In this document: one piece after another, positions 1 through 8,583 of the stretch
Layout of the letters: every line of letters begins with the position of its first letter
Numbering within the stretch: the first letter of the stretch is position 1
Assembly: GCF_006345805.1 (NCBI RefSeq)
Contig: NW_021826377.1
Span: 1-12,728 of the forward strand
Direction of reading: 5' to 3'
Source: Octopus sinensis
Lineage: Eukaryota
DNA: 12,728 bases
Notes under the pieces: model-generated
Told to the model about the DNA's origin: nothing
Database searches by the model: none
Seen by the model: only the letters and a program-made list of their open reading frames with translations
Program-made: the position numbers and the translations under genes

Positions 1-82
1 TGATGATGATGATGATGTGATGATGATGATGATGATGTGATGATGATGATGATGATGATGATGTTGATGATGATGATGATGT

Positions 83-157
<75 letters not shown>

Positions 158-243
158 CGATGATGATGATGATGATGATCATGATGTTGATGATGATGAT
201 GATGATGTTGAAGATGATGATGATGATGATGATGGTGATGATG
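1..243. repeat. (GAT)n trinucleotide microsatellite, runs off the window start
   Basis: Near-pure GAT/TGA repeats with occasional GTT/GAC/GAA/GGT variants. Source of the poly-M ORF 37..270. Confidence 0.98.
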
Positions 244-687
244 ACAATCCACAAAAAAACAAAAACATGAATTAAGGGAATCTGCACACATTGATATCAC
301 ATTGAAGCCAGAAATACTATCGAGCGAGCGGAAGCTGGTTGACAATCTGCCAATGTTGACGAAAGAATGAAAACTGAAATAGAAAAATAAACACAACACA
401 CTTGTCCTTCCCCTTGTTATTTTCCCTTCTCAACGCAGTTCTCCCTTCCTTCCTTTCTTCTTTCCTTTCTTCTCCTTATCCTTTCTTCCTCCATTTTCCG
501 ATTTTTCTCACACTGAAACTCCCAAGTATCGTAACAACAACAACAACAACAACAAGTGCCCCTCCCCACCGCCCGCCGCAAAACTTATTATCACGTCATC
601 ACCTGACACACACACCGAGAATTGGCACAGATTTCTTGTTGACAACGAAATGGATTTCCTTTCATTTTTCCCACTCGTGTCTTCTCC

Positions 688-968
688 TTGTTGTTGTCTG
701 TTGTTGTTGTTGTTGTTGTTGTTGCTGTTTTTGTTGTTCCCGTTGATGCTGCTGATGATGATGATGATTATGATCCTCATGTTTTGTTCTTCCTTCTGTT
801 GATTTCGATAGCTTTGTTTCTTCTTCTTCTTTTTCTTCTTCTTCTTCTTCTTGTTCTTGTTCTCCTTCTCCTTCTCTTCTTCTTCTTCTTCTTCCGTTTT
901 TCTTCTTCTTCTTCTTCTTCTCTTCTTCTTCTTCTTCTTCTTCTTTTCTTCTTCTTCTTCTTCTTCCT
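688..968. repeat. Compound trinucleotide microsatellite (TTG)n-(GAT)n-(CTT)n
   Basis: Successive TTG, GCT/GAT and CTT tracts. They generate the poly-L/V, poly-E/K/R and poly-Q/N ORFs. Confidence 0.95.
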
Positions 969-1061
969 CTACTGTATTCATCCATTTAATGGCATCGCCA
1001 TAGCCGCATATGTATGAGTTGGTGGGTGCACACGCACGCATACATAAGTGTGTTCTATACA

Positions 1062-1427
1062 TATGTATATATATGTATATATATATATGGGTGTGTGTGT
1101 ATGTATATATATATATATATATACACACACATAGTTATATATATATATATACGTATGCCTAAGTATGCAGATATATACCTATATATATACATATATATAT
1201 ATAATATATACATATTATATTATACATACATATATACATACATATATATAATATATATATATATATATATAACATACATATATATTAAATATATACATAC
1301 ATATATACATTAGATATATACATATATACATATATACATATATACATATATATATACATATATACATATATACATATATAAATTATATACATATATACAT
1401 ATATATATATACATATATACATATGTA

Positions 1428-1473
<46 letters not shown>

Positions 1474-1478
1474 GTATT
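1062..1478. repeat. (TA)n/(TATACA)n low-complexity microsatellite
   Basis: Directly visible TA and TACATA repeats. Confidence 0.95.
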
Positions 1479-1837
1479 ATTCCTTACCTAAGCATACGTA
1501 CATACACTAATAAATATATCGGTAATCCTCACAACAAGATGCAGTCAACTCGTAGAGTAGTAAGGTTTTTGGAGTAAGTATGGAAACAGATAACTGAAGT
1601 GAGACATCTCCTTTCAATGCAGCAAGGAGATATTTCCCAGTATCGCATCGTCTTAGCTAATTACAACGTCTAAACTTGATAGCATTCATCTGTCTTGCAT
1701 GATTAAATAATTGCCAGTGTAGCAGAGATATACGTATACATAAATGCATGTATTATTTATTATATATAAATGGGTACGCATATCTGTTTGTGTATGTGTG
1801 TATACATAGGTATATATGGATATATAAGTATGTATGC

Positions 1838-1893
<56 letters not shown>

Positions 1894-2102
1894 AGGAAAT
1901 GAAAATGCTGACAAAATAATTTAAGTAAGAGAGAGTGTATAATTAGGTGAAAGTTCTTTTTTTTAAACAAAAAAAGAGAAAAATTGGGTTAGAATACAAT
2001 GTTCATTTTTGTGAATGATTTCAGTGTATAAGAAAAAAAGTGAGAGTCTTTACAGTGTTCTGTTTCAGAATAAGATATTTAGTAAAAGCGTGTAATATAT
2101 AT

Positions 2103-2142
<40 letters not shown>

Positions 2143-2433
2143 CTTTCTACCCGTGTCAGACGCCAGGATAGATCGTTAGCCACTACACACATTTTTTTTC
2201 TCTCCTTTTTTCTCTCCTTTATTCTCTCTCCTTTTTTCTCTCTCCCTTTTCTCTCCTTTTTCTCTCCTTTTTTCTCTCCTCTTTTTCTCTCCTTGTTTTC
2301 TGTGTCCCTTTCTGTAGAAGAGCGTAGGTTCGAAACGTAAAAGACTTTTTCAGTTCCCGAGCGTTATACTAATACATCTGTTTGTTTTGTACACCACCGG
2401 TTTTCGTCTTTTGTTTTTTTCGTAAACTCTCCC
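2143..2433 (+). mobile_element. Penelope-like element (PLE) terminal-repeat-like fragment with internal (CTCTCCTTTT)-type expansion
   Basis: Contains CTGTAGAAGAGCGTAGGTTCGAAACGT (2312-2338). This matches the CTGANGAA-stem-GAAACGT signature of PLE terminal repeats. It ends in a T-rich tail before a (TA)n tract and has no RT/GIY-YIG coding sequence. Confidence 0.55.
2304..2346 (+). ncRNA. Degenerate minimal type I hammerhead ribozyme-like motif (PLE type)
   Basis: Core CTGTAGA (2312-2318; canonical CUGANGA with A6>U), extra A, then stem II GAGC/GTTC with a GTAG loop. GAAA follows, then palindromic ACGT as helix III and a putative GUA cleavage site (2337-2339). Stem I is short: CTTT 2308-2311 with AAAG 2340-2343. 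Confidence 0.4.
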
Positions 2434-2614
2434 TATATATATATATATATGCACACGTGCGTGTGTGTAATGTACTGTTACCTTATTGATGGCATCAACA
2501 GTGAAAGACAGGTATTATCTCTCAATATAAACAGGATTTAAATTCGAGCTTCTATAAGCCTCTTAAAAAACAAATAGCTAGCTGGCTAAACCTTGTATTT
2601 TCAGGCAATCGTTC

Positions 2615-2654
2615 ACACTCAAAATACAATATAGTTATATTGTATTTTGAGTGT
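2615..2654. repeat. Perfect 19-bp inverted repeat with 2-nt centre
   Basis: ACACTCAAAATACAATATA (2615-2633) - GT - TATATTGTATTTTGAGTGT (2636-2654). Confidence 0.95.
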
Positions 2655-2852
2655 ATATTGTATTGTATTTTGAGAAAAATGCGAGAAAGAACGAAAAGAA
2701 AATAGTAAAAGGAATAAATGAAATGAGAAAAAGGAAGAAAAGTATGTATATATAAATCAGCAATCTTTATATCGTACTTAAAGCATATATAATGTTAAAA
2801 GCCTTCTAAACTGCATTATTCAGCTCGAGAAAGTATCATTTGAATATGTATA

Positions 2853-3205
2853 TATTACTTTACTACCCACAAGGGGCTAAACATAGAGGAGACAAACAAG
2901 GACAGACAAAGGGATTAAGTCGATTACATCGATCCCAGTGCGAAATTGGTTCTTTATTTATCGACCCCAAAAGGATGAAAGGCGAAGTAAGTCGGCCTCG
3001 GCGGAATTTGAACTCAGAACGTAGCGGCAGATGAAATACCTATTTTTTTTACTACTCACAAGGGGCTAAATACAGAGGGGACAAACAAGGACAGACGATT
3101 ACATCGATCCCAGTGCGAAACTGGTACTTTATTTATCGACACCGAAAGCATGAAAAGCAAAGTCGGCCGCGGCGGAATTTGAACACAGAACGTAACGACA
3201 GACGA
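2853..3205 (-). mobile_element. Family A SINE, dimer of headless (A-box-less) units
   Basis: Two head-to-tail copies (2853-3040, 3041-3205) of the repeat also found at 9568-10604. They retain the B box (sense GAGTTCAAATTCC) but lack the first ~45 nt of the head. Flanked by degenerate direct repeats at 2836-2851 and 3213-3228. Confidence 0.85.
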
Positions 3206-3495
3206 TCTGAGTTCATTTGGATGTGTATTGTCTTAAGAAAACACAAAATGTATCAACAACAGACGTAATTGCTAGCTTTCTTTTTAAGTATTATTCTTAT
3301 ATGTGATAGGTTTTTCTCGAAACGAATACAACAGTTTAGAAGGCTTTCAACAGCTTAATTAGAAAGATATATATATATCATAAGCTTGATATGTAGGTTG
3401 CTCATTTCAACTTAAACAAACGACTGAAAGTTGAACTCAATACATTCAATGGAGCTCACGCGACACATGAAGGTCTGAATTTTAAAACATACCGC

Positions 3496-3905
3496 AGGCG
3501 CAGGAGTGGCTGTGTGGTAAGTAGCTTGCTAACCAACCACATGGTTACGGGTTCAGTCCCACTGCGTGGCATCTTGGGCAAGTGTCTTCTGCTATAGCCC
3601 CGGGCCGACCAATGCCTTGTGAGTGGATTTGGTAGACGGAAACAGAAAGAAGCCTGTCGTATATATGTATATATATATGTGTGTGTGTGTGTATATGTGT
3701 TTGTGTGTCTGTGTTTGTTCCCCCAGCATTGCTTGACAACCGATGCTGGTGTGTTTACGTCCCTGTAACTTAGCGGTTCGGCAAAAAGAGACCGATAGAA
3801 TAAGTACTGGGCTTACAAATAATAAATCCCGGGGTCGATTTGCTCGACTAAAAAGGCGATGCTCCAGCATGGCCACAGTCAAATGACTGAAACAAGTAAA
3901 GAGTA
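3496..3905 (+). mobile_element. Family B tRNA-derived SINE with CORE-like central domain, full length
   Basis: A box TGGCTGTGTGG (3507-3517), B box GGTTCAGTCC (3550-3559), CORE-like TGCGTGGCATCTTGGGCAAGTGTCTTC, internal (TA)/(TG) tract, 3' tail AAGTAAAGAG. Homologous minus-strand copies lie at 7663-7999 and 10920-11039. Confidence 0.85.
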
Positions 3906-4133
3906 TACCAATTATACATACCCGTTAGCCTGAATTTTAAAACATACCAATTCCACTAGTCAATAACCAAAATGCTTCTGAAACCAGAGTAGCAATTTCT
4001 AACTAATTTTAGGTCACTGATGATGGATATCATGGCTAAAATTGCTTGATAGCCCTACTTTTCAAGATACACGTATGTGTCTCAACAGGCCCCAACAGGT
4101 TTTCGGCAGCATGCTTTTTACCGCGCTCACAGT

Positions 4134-6387
4134 TTGTTGTTTGTTCCTTCTCGAGCCATGCCTGGCTCATAAGCGCCGGTTTCCTGGTTTCCTTGGCGTA
4201 TAGGTTCCCCACCTGGACAGGACGCTGGTCCGTCGCAAGTGGGCTGCAAGATGCAGGAGGAAAGAGTGAGAGAAAGTTGTGGCGAAAGAGTCAACAGAAG
4301 TTTCACCATTACCTTCTGTCGGAGCCGCGTGGAGCTTAGGTGTTTTGCTCATAAACACACATATCGTCCGGTCTGAGTTTCGAACCCGCAATCCCTCGAC
4401 CACGAGTCCGCTGTTCTAGCAACTAGGCCATGTGCCTCCACTATGTATGTATGTATTTGTTGTTGCTTGTTCCTTCTCGAGCCATGCCTGGTTCATAAGG
4501 GCCGGTTTCCCGGTTTCCTTGGCGTATAGGTTCCCCACCTGGACGGGACGCCGGTCCGTCGCAGGTGAGCTGCAAGATGCAGGAGGAGAGAGAAAGAGGA
4601 GAGAAAGTTGTGGCGAAAGAGTCAGACAGAAGTTCGCCATTACCTTCTGCCGGAGCGCGTGGAGCTTCGCACATAAACACACCACACATCGTCCGGGCTG
4701 AGATTCGAACAGCGATCCCTAGTCGCTGTTCTAACCACTAGGCCATGGGCCTCCACTATGTATGTATGTATGTATGTATGTATGTTGTATGTATGTTCCT
4801 TCCTTCCTTCCTTCTCGAGAATGCCTGGCTCATAAGGGCCGGTCCCCGGTTTCTTGGCGTTATAGGCTCTCAACCTGGACAGGACCCGGTCCGTCGCAGG
4901 TGAGCGCAAAATGCAGGAGGAAAGAGTGAGAGGAAAGTTGTGGTGAAAGAGTCAGCAGAAGTTTCGCCATTACCTTCTGCCAGAGCCGCGTGGAGCTTAG
5001 GCGTTTCGCTCATAAGCACACACATCGCCCGGTCTATGATTCGAACTCGCGATCCCTCGACGCGAGGTCCGCTGCTCTAACCACTAGGCCATGTATCTCC
5101 ACTATGTATGTATGTATTGTTGTTGTTGTTTGTTCCTTCTCGAGACATGCTGGTTTCATAAGGGCCGGTTCTCCGGTTTTGGCGTATAGGTTACCCACCT
5201 GGAAGCGGACGCCGGTCCGTCGCAGGTGAGCTGCAAGATGCAGGAGGAAAGAGTGAGAGAAAGTTGTGGCGAAAGAGTCAGCAGAAGTTCGCCATTACCT
5301 TCTGCCGGAGCCGCGTGGAGCTTCGCACATAAACACACACACATCGTCCGGGCTGAGATTCGAACCCGCGATCCCTAGTCCGCTGTTCTAACCACTAGGC
5401 CATGGGCCTCCACTATGTATGTATGTATGTATGTATGTATGTATGTATGTATGTTCCTTCCTTCCTTCCTTCTCGAGACATGCCTGGCTCATAAGGGCCG
5501 GTTCCCCGGTTTCTTGGCGTATAGGCTCTCCACCTGGACAGGACGCCGGTCCGTCGCAGGTGAGCTGCAAAATGCAGGAGGAAAGAGTGAGAGAAAGTTG
5601 TGGTGAAAGAGTCAGCAGAAGTTTCGCCATTACCTTCTGCCAGAGCCGCGTGGAGCTTAGGCGTTTCGCTCATAAGCACACACATCGCCCGGTCTATGAT
5701 TCGAACTCGCGATCCCTCGACCGCGAGTCCGCTGCTCTAACCACTAGGCCATGTATCTCCACTATGTATGTATGTATTTGTGTTGTTGTTTGTTCCTTCT
5801 CGAGACATGCCTGGTTCATAAGGGCCGGTTCTCCGGTTTCTTGGCGTATAGGTTCCCCACCTGGACGGGACGCCGGTCCGTCGCAGGTGAGCTGCAAGAT
5901 GCAGGAGGAAAGAGTGAGAGAAAGTCGTGGCGAAAGAGTCAGCAGAAGTTTCACCATTACCTTCTGCCGGAGCCGCGTGGAGCTTAGGTATTTTTGCTCA
6001 TAAACACACACATCACCTGGTCTGAGATTCGAACCCGCGGTCCCTCGACCACGAGTCCGCTGTTCTAACCACTAGGCCATGTATGTATGTATGTATTTGT
6101 TGTTGTTTGTTCCTTCTCGAGCCATGCCTGGCTCATAAGCGCCGGTTTCCTGGTTTCCTTGGCGTATAGGTTCCCCACCTGGACAGGACGCCGGTCCGTC
6201 GCAGGTGAGCTGCAAGATGCAGGAGGAAAAAGTGAGAGAAAGTCGTGGTGAAAGAGTCAGCAGACGTTTCACCATTACCTTAGGTGTTTCGCACATAAAC
6301 ACACACACATCGTCCGGTCTGAGATTCGAACCCGCAATCCCTAGACTGCGAGTCCGCTGCTCTAACCACTAGGCCATGTGCCTCCAC
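4134..6387 (-). mobile_element. Tandem array of 7 family C tRNA-headed SINEs (units 4134-4441, 4442-4756, 4757-5102, 5103-5413, 5414-5762, 5763-6082, 6083-6387)
   Basis: Each unit (minus strand) starts GTGGAGGCACATGGCCTAGTGGTTAG (A box) and has a GGTTCGAATC B box, a CORE-like GTGTTTATGAGCGAAACAC and a V-domain-like CCTGCGACGGACCGGCGTCCCGTCCAGG. It ends in an (AAC)n or (GAAG)n tail, then (CATA)n. Flanked by GCGCTCACAGT (4123-4133) and GCACTCACAGT (6388-6398). Confidence 0.95.
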
Positions 6388-6691
6388 GCACTCACAGTCC
6401 CACTGCTCTTCCGTATTGTTCCAGAAAGTCATACGAGATGGTTGTGCTGTGCAAGTTTACATACTGACGTGAAAGCGAAGTGATTTTTCCTAGTCAAGCA
6501 CTTTTTAAACTAATAATAAATATTCCTTGAGCAAACTATTGATTTGCATGTAAGGCATTTTATATTAATTCTATTTTTCTACTGAATGTTATTAAGACTT
6601 CTTTTAAGCTGTCATGCTGTATATTATAATGATAAATTTATAAACGAATTTTCTGTTTATCTGTTAATTGATTGTTGTTTTCTTCTTTTAA

Positions 6692-7098
6692 ACGCCTCGC
6701 GCTTGTGTGAATAAGGTAAACAACTTCTACATTTGTGGCAGGGTGACCTTTGCATCGCAGAAGCGCCGTATAACTGCTATGGTTAGAAAGGCATATCACC
6801 TATATTTTGGATGGATGCAAGATTGCCGACTAGTATAAGAAGTGGGCTCCTCACATCTGCTGCAACACTTGTGATATTAACCTTCACCAATGGTTGAACA
6901 TGAAGAGGGAAAAATGTCTTCTGCTGTATCAAGTCGTGGCGGGAGCCAACAGACCACACAAACAATTACTATTTCTGCATGGTAGCTTCGATAAAAAAGG
7001 GTTTGTCAAAGAAGGAAAAAGCGTCCATTTAATATCCAAACATTCCATTAGCTATTTGCCCAGTTCCACGTGGAGAAGGTTTATCTATTCCACCAACT
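6692..7098 (+). pseudogene. Disrupted N-terminal fragment of a Chapaev-type transposase (Cys/His-rich Chapa-like region)
   Basis: Stitched frames give (T)PRACVNKVNNFYICGRVTFASQKRRITAMVRKAYHLYFG / CKIAD*YKKWAPHICCNTCDINLHQWLNMKRE / MSSAVS / WREPTDHTNNYYFCMVASIKKGLSKKEKASI*YPNIPLAICPVP. These match the recalled Chapaev3 motifs YICG, WAPH.CC..C, WREP..H...YFC and YP....A..PVP. Lesions: ATG>ACG, a GGAT duplication (6809-6816), two more frameshifts and two stops. Confidence 0.8.
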
Positions 7099-7101
7099 TC
7101 G

Positions 7102-7244
7102 ATATATAGACATACATACATACATACATAAATACATACATACATACATAATACAACATACATACATACATACATATACATAAATTGATTATATATACAT
7201 ATATAGTATACGTATGTAAGTTTATGTATATATATATATATATA

Positions 7245-7283
<39 letters not shown>
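7102..7283. repeat. (TACA)n/(TA)n microsatellite that terminates the transposase relic
   Basis: Directly visible. Confidence 0.9.
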
Positions 7284-7423
7284 AATGTATATGTGTGTTA
7301 AATTCCCTGTATATGCCCCGAGTGTATGTTTATTTGTAATCCACAGGCGAGTTCTTACCAGATGTTCGTTGTGATGCACAACCCTATTCACAAGAAGAGA
7401 ATTCAAAACATGAAGCCACACAC

Positions 7424-7424
<1 letters not shown>

Positions 7425-7518
<94 letters not shown>

Positions 7519-7532
7519 TATATATATATATA
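7425..7532. repeat. (TA)n microsatellite
   Basis: Directly visible. Confidence 0.95.
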
Positions 7533-7662
7533 CCACATATACAGAAAATAAGAAAATGGAGAGGAACAATAAGTGGTTCATCAACTTTTAGACATTAAAT
7601 CATGTTAACTTATTATATTTTATCAATCTCTGAAGGATGAAAGACAGACTTAGTGTTAGTTA

Positions 7663-7999
7663 TTACTCTTTACTCTTTTACTCTTTTATTTGTTTCAGTA
7701 ATTTGACTGCGACCATGCTGGAGCATCGCCTTTAGTCGAGAAAATCGATCCCAGGACTTATTCTTTGTAAGCCTAGTACTTATTCTATCGGTCTATTTTG
7801 CCGAACCGCTAAGTTACGGGGACGTAAACACACCAGCATCGGTTGTCAAGCGATGTTGGAGGGACAAACACAGACACACAAACATATACACACACATACA
7901 TATATACATATATATACATATATACGACGGGCTTCTTTAAGTTTCCGTCTACCAAATCCACTCACAAGGCTTTGGTCGGCCCGAGGCTATAGCAGAAGA
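7663..7999 (-). mobile_element. Family B SINE, 5'-truncated (no tRNA head)
   Basis: Reverse complement of about 3585-3905, including the internal (TA)/(TG) tract and a (TACTCTT)n tail. Confidence 0.9.
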
Positions 8000-8059
8000 T
8001 TATAATTATAGATTATAATTCCATTTAAATCGAGGATGTTTTATAAGAATATTAAATCT

Positions 8060-8109
8060 GACCCAGTAGTTCACCGGTACTTCATTTTACCAACCGAGAA
8101 TGCTGAGTC
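8060..8109 (-). mobile_element. Highly diverged relic of a family A-like SINE central domain
   Basis: CCGGTACTTCATTTTACCAACCGAGAATG resembles family A CTGGTACTTAATTTATCGACCCCGAAAGGATG. Confidence 0.3.
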
Positions 8110-8340
8110 TCATAAATACATTCAAATACAAGTGTTACAAGTCGAAAGCTCCGCATACCGGATGCTAGAAAGTTTATGAGGTCAGCAGGAAAGAACACGC
8201 CGCTAGAGGCAATGCTTTTCTTTGAAACAAGCCAAACAATAGGCAGAATTAATTTAACTTGAAACATGTCACTGGGGAAGCTTCAAATATTGACTGATAT
8301 TTTAGTCAATATATATATCTAGGAGTCTTATAAACAAATA

Positions 8341-8435
8341 CGGATTAAGTCGATTATATCGACCCCAGTCCGGAACTGGTACTTAATTTATCGACCCCGA
8401 AAGGATGAAAGGCAAAGTCGACCTCGGCGGAATTT
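8341..8435 (-). mobile_element. Family A SINE internal fragment
   Basis: CGGATTAAGTCGATT...GACCTCGGCGGAATTT, nearly identical to the middle of the unit at 9941-10122. Confidence 0.9.
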
Positions 8436-8448
8436 TTTGCCTTTCATC

Positions 8449-8567
8449 ATTTTTTTTCCTATTTTTAATGCATTTTTTTGCTATTATATAAGGGAAGTAA
8501 CTCTCTAAAAATGCTTATATAGTTATTTCCCTTACAACTCCCTTACAACGCCGGGCGATACTGCTAG
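8449..8567 (+). mobile_element. Helitron-like 3' end fragment
   Basis: Ends CAACGCCGGGCGATACTGCTAG|T: a CTAG terminus followed by T, preceded by a GC-rich subterminal arm, as in Helitrons. The hairpin is not intact, and an 11-bp tandem duplication TCCCTTACAAC (8528-8549) sits where its 5' arm would be. Confidence 0.5.
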
Positions 8568-8583
8568 TATATATATATATATA

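Larger units (their letters stand above)
3954..7100 (+). mobile_element. Truncated Chapaev-type (CMC) DNA transposon, interrupted by the SINE array at 4134-6387
   Basis: Putative 5'-CAC terminus CACTAGTCAATAACC at 3954. The subterminal TTTTAGGTCACTGATG...CTACTTTTCAAGATA resembles Chapaev3 ends as recalled. The sequence is continuous across the array once the TSD is collapsed and leads into the transposase relic. No matching 3' TIR is seen in the window. Confidence 0.6.

Noticed and set aside
37-1313. Long ORFs of poly-M, poly-E/K/R, poly-L, poly-Q and YI repeats
   Set aside because: They are translations of GAT, CTT, TTG and TA microsatellites that lack stops in those frames; no domain content.
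1539-1579. Possible mini-exon ATG CAG TCA...TTG GA|GTAAGT ([11 protein letters not shown])
   Set aside because: Only 11 codons, no recognisable homology and no compatible downstream exon.
4046-6308. Many 60-194 aa ORFs on both strands
   Set aside because: All are readings of the SINE units; indels between units do not preserve frame.
4134-6387. tRNA genes, or a retrozyme with a hammerhead, in the array
   Set aside because: The heads have A and B boxes but continue into SINE bodies with no complete cloverleaf end. I found no CTGANGA...GAAA core on either strand by eye; an Infernal scan would settle it.
6894-7109. ORF MNMKREKCLL... as a small gene
   Set aside because: It is an out-of-frame reading of the transposase relic; the conserved motifs lie in other frames.
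7340-7425. Acceptor-like CCACAG followed by open frame GEFLPDVRCDAQPYSQEENSKHEATHN
   Set aside because: No donor before the (TA)n tract and no recognisable protein similarity.
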